NCBI GenBank assembly: GCA_026991575.1
Contig: JALXBF010000039.1
Location: 1-64,000, forward strand
Length of the DNA: 64,000 nucleotides
Reading direction: 5' to 3'
Source: Planctomycetota bacterium
GTDB lineage: Bacteria > Planctomycetota > Planctomycetia > JALXBF01
The position numbers were made by a program, and so were the translations under genes. Below the pieces are notes generated by a model that saw only the letters and a list, made by a program, of their open reading frames with translations, was not told where the DNA came from and made no database searches. Numbering within the stretch: the stretch's first letter is position 1; each line of letters starts with the position of its first letter. Shown here piece after piece: positions 40,401 to 49,842 of the stretch.

Positions 40401-40946
40401 GGAGTGGACTTGCGTGCGTACCACAAGTTCTGCCGGCGCGCGCTCGATGCCGAGCTCTCGTGCCAGGAATTCATTGATCGCGGCGATCGGCTCATCGCCG
40501 CTGCGTGCCAGTTGCTGGAGCACACTCTGTTGCCGGCGATCGACCGAGGCTGTGGCAAGGAAACGCACCAGCGGTTCGCTGATGCCGATCAAGTTGACCT
40601 GCGCGGCCAGTGCCCGCTGGCGGCCCTGCTCGTCCACCACAGACACAACGCACGGCGTGATCACGGTGGCTGCGCCGGAGCGTACACCGCGCAGGCGAAC
40701 CAGCTCACCGGCCGCACGTTCCGTCACCAGACGGCGTCCGAGGACGGCTACGCGCGTCGGGCCGATGCGGCGCAAGGCAAGCGTCTCCAGGGAGCGCTGC
40801 ACGCTGTGGGCCACTTGAAGAGAGCCGCTGATGACCAGCGCGGCGATTGCCAGGGCGAGGCCCGCGACCAGGTGCATCGCTCGGTAGTAACACAGGCCAC
40901 GGACCGTTAACCCGAGCAGCGTCAGCCTGGCTGGTTTTCCGGACAC
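37491..40946 (-). CDS. Large FtsX/MacB-type ABC permease (two FtsX modules)
   Basis: Two TM clusters with RRLQQIGLLYAVGF and ERAGELALLRAVGF, plus large periplasmic domains. Confidence 0.88.
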   Translation of the reverse strand: MSGKPARLTLLGLTVRGLCYYRAMHLVAGLALAIAALVISGSLQVAHSVQRSLETLALRRIGPTRVAVLGRRLVTERAAGELVRLRGVRSGAATVITPCVVSVVDEQGRQRALAAQVNLIGISEPLVRFLATASVDRRQQSVLQQLARSGDEPIAAINEFLARELGIERAPAELVVRTQVHSAIPREFVLGRKDQVLKPGEPVRLEHILHARDTLSELSLRPGTRPPLNLYVPLALAQRWTRAEGKVNTVLLATDRDDPPFLHRLLGGWRDRLRPEDLGLRLRVDARGYVSIESDRMVLHDRVVEAAEAVARELSAYVARTAIQVATSIRIEGKPGEIPYSIVAALDVSLPPPLGGLTLTNGQTAPGIEPDEIYLNTWAARDLGARPGDTIVLSYFVSTQSGTLVEQAARFRLKGIVRIEGVAANPHLVPRYPGLTDARRMTQWDAPFPVDFSKIRPVDEAYWERYTTTPKAFVSPVAAERLWRSRWGVWTSIRCAHESLPPTELARALARRLVERLPLQQIGLTVVPVRRAALAAAQGSTDFRGLFLGFSLFLLAAGLLLTATLLRLFVVRRLQQIGLLYAVGFTYGDAFRLLFLESLPVLVLCAAVGAIGGAGYAAAMIGALRTRWHAALRLYELSFYFDPFATLVGAVAAILLAVPVYALSLRGYRQLGVRELLAGRVQLAQVRQAPARWRDRWLAGGFSAIGLAAVVWATLLEQPVAGFFTAGVCLLLAGLFLVHDRLARHPVRRHVPCGLSGLLWLGARGARYRPTRTMLIVSLVACATFMLVAVGANRHEPEQLTAEKQTSYGGFAIIGTTTVPIFANLNDPDQRAELVIERPDAAEWRQLTIYPLRYRPGDDTSCLNVYRPTEPTVLGVPPTLRRRGGFRFAAMLSEVDAENPWLALGSDRGKANQGIPCFADDQTAMWILHLAPGDQLTITDDLGQHATLRLVATLRRSIFQSEVLIAEEDFLRLFPFHEGYRMFLVECAPEQARRMLGFLEQELAEYGFDGMLTVDRLAQYYAVENTYLDTFALLGGLGLLLGTVGLGTVLWRSVLERAGELALLRAVGFSRWALAWLVVSESGWLMVSGMALGTAAALVAILPQLLRTAESLPLGSLALLLVAVFVTGIASSLLAVVVAVRLPIVQTLRRE

Positions 40947-42067
40947 AGCAGCGTCGTCTCCGAATCGGTACGCTTGCCCTCGGCTTCGGTCAGTTCATAA
41001 GCGAGGCTTTTCCATGGTAGCCGACCGGGACTGTGGCCTGCCTGGGTGGCGCGACCGATGCGCAGCAGGAAGCCAAGTCGCTCACCGTTGAGCCCGGGGA
41101 TCAGCTGACTGATACGTGCTTGCAGCTCGTCAACCGCCGCGTACGGCAGCAACTGATGTCGTGCCATGTTGTGCAACACCGGCAGCGACATCATCGGCTG
41201 GGCCACGACATGCTCGCGGGTGAGAATAAGCCAGAACAGTTGGACGAGCATGCCGATAAGCACATCGGTGGTCGGATGCCAGTCCGGAGCGATTACAGCC
41301 GCTACCGCCGGGCTGCCAGCCACGAGCCGGTAGGTGCGCGCGGCCACGGAAGAGGGAAACAGAAGGTAACGTAGCACCCGGGGCGGGAGCTTCAGACAGA
41401 ACCGCAGCAGGCTGGTCTGAGTCCGTGCCAGGGCAAGCGTCTCCAGGGGCAGACCTTCCGGCGCGTCCGCCCCCCCGCATTGCTCCGCCTTCCGAATCGC
41501 ATCCAGGAACGCGGCTCGTGCCGCGTCGTCGCCGAAAAGTACCCGGTCCGCTCTGCTGATGACCTCGGCAACGGCGCGGATCACGGCCGGCTCGGTGATC
41601 AGCTCGACACGCAAGGCGGCGGTGGCTGCGTCGGACAGCCCCAGGCAGCGGGTCCACGCCAGAAATTGACGCGTCGCCTCGGCGGCCAACCGTGCGAGGT
41701 CCCCCCCCCTGAGCTCCCCTCCGAACGGCGCCCGGTTCGTGTATCGGATCCGCAGAATCGGCGGAATCTCGCCCGGCGGCTCTGCCGCAGGCAGGTCCGA
41801 GACCACAATGGTGCCGCCGGTGTGGATCTGCATGGGTGGAAACGGTCGACTGTTGTGCTGGTGGGTGTAGAGGACGTTGGCAAGGAACGCTCCCAGGCTG
41901 ATCCGCGCCATCGTATTGCCCGCGTTCATCGGGCTCGGATCGCGGGCCGGGTCGCAGCCAAGCGCGATGATGCCACGGGAACGGTCAAGCCCGAATGCCC
42001 AGGGCTGGAGATTGTCGCCGGAAGGGGCCAGCATACCGGCTGTCATCCATGTATCCAGCCAGTCCAT
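40922..42067 (-). CDS. Nitroreductase-like (Acg/Rv1355c C-terminal type) FMN-binding protein
   Basis: APSGDNLQPW, SLGA, RYTNR, QPM and LRIG motifs. Confidence 0.72.
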   Translation of the reverse strand: MDWLDTWMTAGMLAPSGDNLQPWAFGLDRSRGIIALGCDPARDPSPMNAGNTMARISLGAFLANVLYTHQHNSRPFPPMQIHTGGTIVVSDLPAAEPPGEIPPILRIRYTNRAPFGGELRGGDLARLAAEATRQFLAWTRCLGLSDAATAALRVELITEPAVIRAVAEVISRADRVLFGDDAARAAFLDAIRKAEQCGGADAPEGLPLETLALARTQTSLLRFCLKLPPRVLRYLLFPSSVAARTYRLVAGSPAVAAVIAPDWHPTTDVLIGMLVQLFWLILTREHVVAQPMMSLPVLHNMARHQLLPYAAVDELQARISQLIPGLNGERLGFLLRIGRATQAGHSPGRLPWKSLAYELTEAEGKRTDSETTLLCPENQPG

Positions 42068-42098
42068 CGGCTCGTCTCCTCGGAAACTACTGCCTGCG

Positions 42099-43643
42099 CT
42101 AGGCGTCCTCTTGCTGGACCAGGGCGAGCGCACGCTCGAGCCGCTGGAGCGCGCGCTCTTTACCGAGGATCTCGACTAGCTCGAACACTCCCGGACCAAT
42201 CGTCTGTCCGGACGTGGCCACCCGAAGCGGGTGAATCACCTTGCCAGCACCGACGCCGAGCTCCTCAGCCAGGCCACGTACCACCTCTTCGATGTGCGCC
42301 GCGTCGAACGGTTCCAGGCCGGCTAGTCGCTCGCGCAACCGGGCCAGCACAACCGGCACGTGCTCTTTGAGCAACACCTTCTGGACCGCCTTGGGGTCAT
42401 AATCAACCTCGTCCTTGAAAAAGAACCCCCCGTACACGATGACGTCGGTGAACACCTTCATGCGATCACCGAGTGCTTCGATCACGCGCCGGATCAGGCT
42501 CCTGGTCGACTCGTCGACCGGGTCACCGACAAGCCCGGCTCGCTGGAGAAAGGGAATCGTGCCGGCGACTTTCTGCTCCAGCGGCAGCTCGCGCATGTAC
42601 TCGCCTTGAAGCCAGTAGAGCTTGTCCGGATCAAAGCTAGCAGGGCTCTTATGGATGCGTTCTAAAGAAAAGTTCTCGATGAGCACCTGGCGGGGGATCT
42701 TCTCCGTGCGGTCATCCAGTGACCAGCCCAGTCGGGCCAGCCCGTTCAGAACGGCATCGGGCAAGTAGCCCAGGTGGATGTAATAGTCCAGCATCACCGG
42801 ACTGGGCACCTCCTCCGGCTTAAAGCCCAGCTTCAGGAACCGTGCCACGTTCTCCTCCGTCTGGTACCGCTCCAGATGCCGCTTGGACAGTTTCGCCTTC
42901 GATCCCGGTGCGGCCACGTACGGCACGTGAGCGAACTGCGGGGGAGTGATGTCGAACGCCTCGTACAGCAGCAGCTGCACGAACGTGTTCGTGAGGTGTT
43001 CCTGAGCGCGGATGACGTGGGTAATCTGCATGCTAGCATCGTCGACGACGGTGGCGAAGTTGTACAGCGGCATGCCATTGGCCCGGACGAGAACCACGTC
43101 GCCAATGTCGTTGGTGTTGCGCTCCACAGGGCCAAGCACCACGTCGACGAACCGAATCACCCGGTCCGGCTCCACCTTCAGGCGCAGCACGTAGGGCATG
43201 CCGGCCTCGATCCGCCGCTGCTGCTCCTGTGTGGGTAACGCACGGCACCGCCCGCTGTAGCGGTACGGTCGCTTCGCCTGTCGAGCCTCTTGCCGCTCGC
43301 GCTCGATCTCTTCCGGGGTACAGAAGCACGGATAGGCGCGGCCGCGGCTGCGCAGCCGTTCGGCGAACTCACGGTAGACCTCCAACCGTTGGGATTGGTA
43401 ATAGGGCCCGTGTGGGCCGTCGACGCCCGGTCCCTCGTCCCAGTGAAGCCCCAGCCAGCGGAGGCCGGCCAGGATCGGCTCCAGCGCCTCCTCGCGGTGA
43501 CGCTCCACGTCAGTGTCGTCGATCCGAAGCACAAACTGGCCGCCAAAGCGGCGGGCCAGCGCCCAGTTGAAGATCGCGGTGCGCACACCACCGATGTGCA
43601 GGTAACCGGTCGGGCTGGGTGCAAAACGGGTTCGTACAGTCAT
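42099..43643 (-). CDS. gltX: Glutamate--tRNA ligase
   Basis: RFAPSPTGYLHIGG and KLSKR (followed by an insert), plus the anticodon-binding helical domain. Confidence 0.97.
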   Translation of the reverse strand: MTVRTRFAPSPTGYLHIGGVRTAIFNWALARRFGGQFVLRIDDTDVERHREEALEPILAGLRWLGLHWDEGPGVDGPHGPYYQSQRLEVYREFAERLRSRGRAYPCFCTPEEIERERQEARQAKRPYRYSGRCRALPTQEQQRRIEAGMPYVLRLKVEPDRVIRFVDVVLGPVERNTNDIGDVVLVRANGMPLYNFATVVDDASMQITHVIRAQEHLTNTFVQLLLYEAFDITPPQFAHVPYVAAPGSKAKLSKRHLERYQTEENVARFLKLGFKPEEVPSPVMLDYYIHLGYLPDAVLNGLARLGWSLDDRTEKIPRQVLIENFSLERIHKSPASFDPDKLYWLQGEYMRELPLEQKVAGTIPFLQRAGLVGDPVDESTRSLIRRVIEALGDRMKVFTDVIVYGGFFFKDEVDYDPKAVQKVLLKEHVPVVLARLRERLAGLEPFDAAHIEEVVRGLAEELGVGAGKVIHPLRVATSGQTIGPGVFELVEILGKERALQRLERALALVQQEDA

Positions 43644-44309
43644 CGTCCGCTCACGGATCGGCCGTCCTGTTCGGTGAGGCATCCTATCACCCAACGGCCA
43701 ACATGAGCAACGGGAGATCGTTGAGTTTCCTCCGGCTCCCACTCGGCTCTGGCCCACGCGCTACCGAAGCAGGTTGCTGGAACGCGGCTCGGGGAGAGCC
43801 GGCGGATGAACGACTTGTCGACGACCCACACGCAGGAATTTGCTGCGTCCGCCGGCGCCGTCCAACCACCGTAGCAGGCAGGGCCGGAAAGGCCCACTGC
43901 CCGCCTTCTCCACGCAAGCCATTGCACGAGGTTGCGTTCCTCACGAACATGCGATCGGCCGCCCAGACCCACGCGCTGCCGGCTAGCGGCAGCAGCCCAT
44001 CGGTACCGTCGCCTGGCCAGCCGCGCCGGAAGAGCTGCGGTCGGGCCGCGGCCACGAAGAGCCGGCATGCTGGCCAGTGCTTCTTCAGAATGGCCGAAGC
44101 ACTGGTTCACTGCCTGCCTCCGGCCCCAGCGTCCCTCTTGCTGGGCCACGGCACGACGACGCTTTTCATGGCAGGGTGCGCGACGCGGTCCGCGAACCGA
44201 CGCAACCGATGCCGTCAGAAGCTGGCACGGTGGCTAGTAGTACAGGCCGGTCAGGCCAGCCGGGCCGTGCCACCGACTCGGGCGTGCGCACAGAAAAATC
44301 CCGCCCCAC

Positions 44310-44325
44310 TGGCACGATTGTTGCA
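44310..44325 (+). promoter_or_regulatory. Sigma54 (-24/-12) promoter upstream of flgM
   Basis: TGGCACGATTGTTGCA is an exact match to TGGCACG-N4-TTGCW. Confidence 0.75.
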
Positions 44326-44508
44326 AGAGCCTATCCTCCGGCTGGTCGCTGATCAAGCGGTTCGTGGCCTGATCCGATGACGAAACACGGCGTTCGCACT
44401 TGCTGGGAGGCAAGTTCGGGTCTTGAAACAACGGCAATGCCGGGAGGCCGCATTGTAGCGCTTACAGCGACGATTGCTTCGTGGCACGCCATCGGCGAGG
44501 AGGACACC

Positions 44509-44763
44509 ATGGAGATCCACAGTGCACATGGTCTGCGAGCTCCCGAACCGGCATTGCGCCGGCTGAACACCCGCCGCAGCGCTACGGCAGCTACCTCTGC
44601 GGCCTACGCCGACGAGCTGGAACTGTCGCTGGCCGATGCCGCGGTGCGCCGGTCCCTGCGAATCGCGCAGATCCAGGAAGAGATCGCGGCCGGCACGTAC
44701 GACTCGATCGAGCGGCTCGCTGCGACGGTGTATCGCCTGGTTAACGAGCTGAACCTGGATTAG
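44509..44763 (+). CDS. flgM: Anti-sigma28 factor FlgM-like protein
   Basis: 84 aa with DELELS...RIAQIQEEIAAGTY...RL. GAGGAGG RBS. Confidence 0.75.
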   Translation: MEIHSAHGLRAPEPALRRLNTRRSATAATSAAYADELELSLADAAVRRSLRIAQIQEEIAAGTYDSIERLAATVYRLVNELNLD

Positions 44764-44970
44764 CGCCGCCACTCGCCGCAGCAGAGCCCGCTCGAGCAAG
44801 CCAGAGCGACGCACCTGCATCGAGCACCTCTGCGATCTGTGCGCCCCCGTGCGACGGCCCTACGCCACCCCCCGGTCCATCCCCGCTCGGTCCGGCAGAG
44901 CCGTGACTTTTCGGCCGCCAGGCCCGATACTAAAACGGGCCTTGCAGAACCGATTCGGGAGGCGACGCGA

Positions 44971-45456
44971 TTGGAAACCCGCAGGGACCATGACCCGGCC
45001 AGCAGCGCCGAGGAAAAGTTCGCCGAGTACCTCGCGTTGCGAGGCAAACGGCTCTCGCGCGCGCAGCGTGAGCTGGTGCGGTACATCTTCAGCTATCACG
45101 ACCACTTTACCGCCACCAAGCTCATCGACGATATCCGCGCCAAAGGCATGAAGATCAGCCGCGCCACCGTCTACCGCACCCTGGCACGGCTGGTCGACGC
45201 TGGTCTACTGCGAACGCATCGCTTCGAAGACCAGGTGGCCTACGAACACCAGTACGGCTACCCGGAACACGATCACCTCTACTGCCGCAACTGCGGCAAG
45301 ATCGTGGAGTTTACCGCTCCACAGCTCGCCGAGCTGCGCGAACACGTCGCGCGCGAACACCGATTCCGGGCCCAAAGCCACCGCTTCATCATCACTGGCC
45401 TGTGCGAAAGCTGCGCATTGCAGCAGGCCAGACGGCGCAAGGTCGACTTCATCTAA
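44971..45456 (+). CDS. Fur family transcriptional regulator
   Basis: HF...SRATVYRTL..LVDAGL, HDHLYCRNCG and CESC motifs. TTG start after GGGAGG. Confidence 0.92.
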   Translation: METRRDHDPASSAEEKFAEYLALRGKRLSRAQRELVRYIFSYHDHFTATKLIDDIRAKGMKISRATVYRTLARLVDAGLLRTHRFEDQVAYEHQYGYPEHDHLYCRNCGKIVEFTAPQLAELREHVAREHRFRAQSHRFIITGLCESCALQQARRRKVDFI

Positions 45457-45490
45457 CGGAACCGCCCCACCGGCCCGGCACCGCTACCAG

Positions 45491-46474
45491 CTATGAGCCG
45501 CTCGTGATGGTCTCGATACCCAGCAGCCTGAAATCGCTCGCCAACCCACCGTCGTCTTCGTACGTGTCCGTGCCCGGACCGCCATGCACGGTCAGCACCC
45601 CGTAGCAGGCACCGGCGTACGAGGCAAGATCATCGCCCGAGCCGAGCAGAATAAAGGCGTTCTGGCCAAAGACCGCCGAATCGTACACCTCCACCGTATC
45701 ACCACCCGAACCGGCAAAAACGTATGTCCTGCCCTCATACATCCCTTTCAACTCGACGCTGTCCGCACCCCCTCCGGTAAAGATGAGTAGCTCGCCAGCT
45801 ACTGCAGAACCGGTCCCCAGCTCCACGTGGTCCTCACCAAGATTGGCCGCAATCGTCAGCACGGCGCCAAAGTCCCCGTTCAAGTCAGCATGGTTGTTGC
45901 CATGGCCCAGGTTGATCAGCGCACCGCGTCCAACGGTCGCATTCAGCCCCATCTCCACTATGTCATCGCCCTGGCCCATCAGCGCAAGTAGCCCTCGATC
46001 CACGTCGCCATTCAGCGTGAAGGTGTCGTTGCCGGAGCGGCCCCGGACGATCAAGTTCCGTTCGATGCGGCTGCTTCCGGCCAGCGTCAAGGCGTCGTTG
46101 CCACCACCGAGGTCAACCACCGCCGTGCGGCGAACGTTGCCGCCCAGCACGGTGACGGTATCATTGCCGCGACCGGTCGTCACCAACAGCGCCCGCATGA
46201 TGTCGCTGTTGGACAGATCGATCGTGACGTTGTCATGGACGACTGCGTTGTGTCTGCCGATGATGACCCGCACGGACTTGGTCACTCCCGCAAACGTCCC
46301 CACTTCGACCCCGTCATCGACCACCCGGAACTCCCCGATGTCGACGCTGTTGATCTCGACCGCTCCATCAGGCCTGCCCCAGACGACCAGATTGCCCCCG
46401 ACCACCTTGGCGGACACGGTCAGTAGCTCGCGTGGCTCAAGCCGCTCGACCTGCAGGCGAACACGTTTGCGCAT
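45491..46474 (-). CDS. Extracellular beta-roll protein with a planctomycete LEPR-x-LL N-terminal motif
   Basis: MRKRVRLQVERLEPRELLT followed by about 10 RTX-like GxGxD repeats (TGRGND, LGGGND, MGQGDD, TGGGAD, LGSGDD, GGPGTD). Confidence 0.85.
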   Translation of the reverse strand: MRKRVRLQVERLEPRELLTVSAKVVGGNLVVWGRPDGAVEINSVDIGEFRVVDDGVEVGTFAGVTKSVRVIIGRHNAVVHDNVTIDLSNSDIMRALLVTTGRGNDTVTVLGGNVRRTAVVDLGGGNDALTLAGSSRIERNLIVRGRSGNDTFTLNGDVDRGLLALMGQGDDIVEMGLNATVGRGALINLGHGNNHADLNGDFGAVLTIAANLGEDHVELGTGSAVAGELLIFTGGGADSVELKGMYEGRTYVFAGSGGDTVEVYDSAVFGQNAFILLGSGDDLASYAGACYGVLTVHGGPGTDTYEDDGGLASDFRLLGIETITSGS

Positions 46475-46770
46475 GGCATCATCTCCACGGTTACGATGGT
46501 GTAACGCAAGCTCGGACCGCTGGCGAAATGCACGACGACCCCCGGCGACCGCGATCACTATAGCGGGGACGGCTTGGGGTGTCGAGCCGGGCTTCTGATC
46601 GCGGTAACCACGGCGCCCCGGGACACCAGCAGCCCGCGAGCGTACCGGCCAGCCACGACGGCAACCCATCCAACCTCACAAAGCCGGACCGCAGCCTGCA
46701 AAAGGCCGACGGTGCGACAGGCATGCGGCACGCACTGCCACGAAGCCAGCGATTTAGCCGGAGCAGTCCG

Positions 46771-47148
46771 ATGAGCAGCAAGGCACCGACCATAGCGGCA
46801 GCCGTACTGACTCAGACCAACATGGTGGTGCTGACCGACTGGCTGCACGCTGCTCTCGCTCAGCACAACGCCTCGCCGAGCGCGCCTGCCGCAGCACGGC
46901 AACTGCTAACGTTGCTGGCCGACGGCGACCATGCCGGTTGGAACGTGGCGGTTGCCGTGTTCGCCGAACCCGAACACGTTTGCCTCGCCTTCGATTGCAT
47001 CCCGCTCGCACAGCAAGACCCGGCAGCGTACGGACGCGCGCTCTCGCACCATTCGTGGCAGGCCAACGTGACGGTGACGGTCCAGTGGGGGCCACAGCAC
47101 CTGCGCGCTCTCCTGCGCGTGCCGCATGGCTGCGTGTCCGAACATTGA
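46771..47148 (+). CDS. Hypothetical protein
   Basis: GGAG RBS and a 125-aa ORF filling the gap. No recognisable motif. Confidence 0.4.
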   Translation: MSSKAPTIAAAVLTQTNMVVLTDWLHAALAQHNASPSAPAAARQLLTLLADGDHAGWNVAVAVFAEPEHVCLAFDCIPLAQQDPAAYGRALSHHSWQANVTVTVQWGPQHLRALLRVPHGCVSEH

Positions 47149-47216
47149 AGGCCCTCCAGCAGCTTCTCCTCGGTAGCAGACGGAACGGGCGGGGGGTCAT
47201 TGCCGGCCCTGGCCGG

Positions 47217-48074
47217 CTAACGCTTGCTCTTCCGTCTAGCGGGCCGCCGTCGTGCCGAAGTGCCTCGTGCGGTGGTCGTGACATCGGACCTGTAGTCAGG
47301 CGCCGGACCGTGCCGCCGGCTGGTACGGCTGCGAACCACGCGACTGTACCGCTGCGCCAGGCGCGGATCACCTTCGCGTGCAAGCATCCGAGAGAGCCGA
47401 TCCGCTTCGCGCAGCGGCTCCGGTATGCGGTACTTCCCGCTTGAGGCGGCCAGCGTGATCTGAATGGCGCTAGCCAGGTCCACCAGGTGGCCCACCGAGA
47501 CAAACACGGGCCGCACGCCGGATCGCGTGCGTACGGCAGCGCCGACGACTTCGTCCCCGTCGCGCAACGGAGTCCACTCGCCGCGCTCAGGCGTCGGTTC
47601 TTCGTACTGGCCCACAAGCACACTTTTCGCGCAGCCCACGCTGGGCATCTCGAGCAAGACGCCCAGGTGGCAGGCCAGTCCGAAGCGGCGCGGGTGAGCG
47701 TAGCCGTGGCCGTCCACTAGCAAGCAGTCGGGCCGCACGGCCAGCTGCTCTAGAGCCGCCAGCAGCGCGGGCGCTTCCCGAAACGACAGCAGCCCGGGCA
47801 CGTACGGAAACGTAACAGGCAGCACCGCCACCGAGCGGTCTATCAGCTCCAGTGGGGTCAGCCGGTAGACGGCGACAACGGCGTAGACGTGGCTTCGTCC
47901 CGGCCCAAAGGCCACGTCCAGCCCGGCCACAGTCTCAGGGGGACGAAGCAGCCGGTCCATCCTGACCCGCCCAGCCAGCTCCCGTTGAAGCTGAATCGCT
48001 TCGGCCGGAGTCAGGTTCCAGTCATGGCGGGCAGCCTGTGTGGTTCCGGTCACGTTCGCTCCGCTGGCGGCCAT
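47217..48074 (-). CDS. nfi: Endonuclease V (deoxyinosine 3'-endonuclease)
   Basis: AGLDV, FPYVPGLLSFRE, DGHGYAHPRRFGLA, GCAKS, SVGH and YRIPEP motifs. Confidence 0.95.
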   Translation of the reverse strand: MAASGANVTGTTQAARHDWNLTPAEAIQLQRELAGRVRMDRLLRPPETVAGLDVAFGPGRSHVYAVVAVYRLTPLELIDRSVAVLPVTFPYVPGLLSFREAPALLAALEQLAVRPDCLLVDGHGYAHPRRFGLACHLGVLLEMPSVGCAKSVLVGQYEEPTPERGEWTPLRDGDEVVGAAVRTRSGVRPVFVSVGHLVDLASAIQITLAASSGKYRIPEPLREADRLSRMLAREGDPRLAQRYSRVVRSRTSRRHGPAPDYRSDVTTTARGTSARRRPARRKSKR

Positions 48075-48099
48075 AACAGGTGGTGCTATCGGGGGCTTG

Positions 48100-48699
48100 T
48101 CAGCTCAGTGTGCCCTTGGTCGACGGAATGTCACGGATCCGAGGATCCAGGTCGACCGCCTGACGCAGCGCCCGAGCCGTCGCCTTGAACACCGCTTCGG
48201 CAATGTGGTGAGAGTTGCGGCCATGATGTAGGAGCACGTGCAGGTTCAAGCCGGCGTTGTTGCTGAACGCACGCCAGAACTCCTCCATCAACTCCAGCGG
48301 AAACTCGCCGACACGTTCCGTCGGGAACGCGACGCACCAGACCAGGAAAGGGCGCCCGCTGAGGTCAACGGCGGCCGTGACCAGCGCTTCCTCCATCGGC
48401 ACGGTAGCGGATCCGAAACGGCGAATGCCCCGTTTCTCGCCCAGCGCCTCGGCCAGTGCCTGTCCCAACACAATGCCCACGTCTTCGACCGTGTGGTGAG
48501 CGTCCACCTCGAGGTCACCGCGTGCCGAGAGCTGGAGGTCGAAGGCGGCATGGCGAACCAGCGTCTTGAGCATGTGGTCAAAGAAACCGATACCGGTAAA
48601 GACCTGCGCTGCGCCTGTGCCGTCCAGGCTCAGTTCAAGCTGGATCTCGGTTTCGAGCGTCTTGCGGGAAAGCGACGTCTTGCGTGCCGCGTCGGTCAT
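48100..48699 (-). CDS. hisB: Imidazoleglycerol-phosphate dehydratase
   Basis: FFDHML, DAHHTVEDVG, NSHHIAE and PSTKG motifs. Confidence 0.97.
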   Translation of the reverse strand: MTDAARKTSLSRKTLETEIQLELSLDGTGAAQVFTGIGFFDHMLKTLVRHAAFDLQLSARGDLEVDAHHTVEDVGIVLGQALAEALGEKRGIRRFGSATVPMEEALVTAAVDLSGRPFLVWCVAFPTERVGEFPLELMEEFWRAFSNNAGLNLHVLLHHGRNSHHIAEAVFKATARALRQAVDLDPRIRDIPSTKGTLS

Positions 48700-48708
48700 G
48701 AACCACTC

Positions 48709-49770
48709 CTAAGGCTTCTTCACGCACTCTGCTACAGCCGACAGAAACCGGTCCATCTGATCGTCCGATCCGATGCTAATCCGGACCCCGTCACCGTACG
48801 GGCCATAGTCCAGGTAGCGGACCAGGATCCGACGGCTGCGCAGGCATGCGGCAAACGGTTTCGGAGCCAACGGGCCCGCCGTACACCAGAGGAAATTCGT
48901 CTCGGAATCCAACACCTCAAAGCCGAACTCGCGCAATCGCCGGCACACCCACTCTCGCGTGCGGCAAATGCGTTCAACGTTCTGCCTCATATGTGCCCGG
49001 TCGCTGAGTGCCGCCACCGCCAGCCGGATCGCAACCGCGTCGCAGTTGTACGAGTCCTTGACGCGGCTCAGCCCCTCGACGACCTCGGGCCGAGCGACCA
49101 GGTACCCGAACCGGATACCAGCCAGCGAATAGCTCTTGCTCAAGGTACGCACCACGATCAGGTTCGGGAGCCGCTTCACCAGCGACACACAGCTACAACC
49201 GGCAAAGTCGGCGTAAGCCTCGTCGACGACCAGCGGGCAGTTGACGCTCCGGGCCAGCTCTTCGATGGTCGCCTCCGAAACACACGTGCCGGTGGGCGAA
49301 TTCGGATTGGCCAGAAAGATCAACGACGCGGACCGGTACAGTGATGGGTCGCACGGCGGGCACCAGCAGCGGTCGAACGGGTAGGCAACGAAGTGGGCCC
49401 CCTGGATTTCGGCCAGCGTCTGGTAGAGAAGGTAACTGGGTGTGAACGAGACCACGAGGCCGCCCTGGTCGACGAAGCTGCGCGTCAGGATCGTGAGCAG
49501 GTCGTCGGATCCATTGCCGCAAAGCACCCAGGATGGCTCACAGTCGTGCAACTCGGCGATCACGCGGCGGGCCTCATCAGCCAGCGGATCTGGATAAAGC
49601 CGGAGTTCGCCGGGATCGATCGCCTGGAGTGTCCTGGCAACGAGGGGCGAAGGTGGATAGGGGTTCTCGTTCGTGTTCAGCTTCAGCAGCGGTAAGCCCG
49701 GCGATGGCTGCTCGCCAGGAACGTATCCGTGCATCCGCCGCACGTTGTCGCGAAAATACGCCGGTAGCAT
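48709..49770 (-). CDS. hisC: Histidinol-phosphate aminotransferase
   Basis: KLNTNENPY, GNGSDD, NPNSPTG, DEAY and RTLSKSYSLAGIRFG motifs. Confidence 0.95.
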   Translation of the reverse strand: MLPAYFRDNVRRMHGYVPGEQPSPGLPLLKLNTNENPYPPSPLVARTLQAIDPGELRLYPDPLADEARRVIAELHDCEPSWVLCGNGSDDLLTILTRSFVDQGGLVVSFTPSYLLYQTLAEIQGAHFVAYPFDRCWCPPCDPSLYRSASLIFLANPNSPTGTCVSEATIEELARSVNCPLVVDEAYADFAGCSCVSLVKRLPNLIVVRTLSKSYSLAGIRFGYLVARPEVVEGLSRVKDSYNCDAVAIRLAVAALSDRAHMRQNVERICRTREWVCRRLREFGFEVLDSETNFLWCTAGPLAPKPFAACLRSRRILVRYLDYGPYGDGVRISIGSDDQMDRFLSAVAECVKKP

Positions 49771-49842
49771 CCGCTCCAGTCCGAGCCTCGGAACAAGCGC
49801 TTCCAGGGAATCGCTTCCATTATTCGATCCTGGCGCCGGCGA

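Noticed and set aside
43870..43940. c-di-GMP-I riboswitch-like words (GGAAA hairpin, ACGCAAGCC, CCATTGCAC)
   Set aside because: The GCAAAC/GAAA/receptor order and P1-P2 geometry do not fit. Probably an ordinary hairpin.
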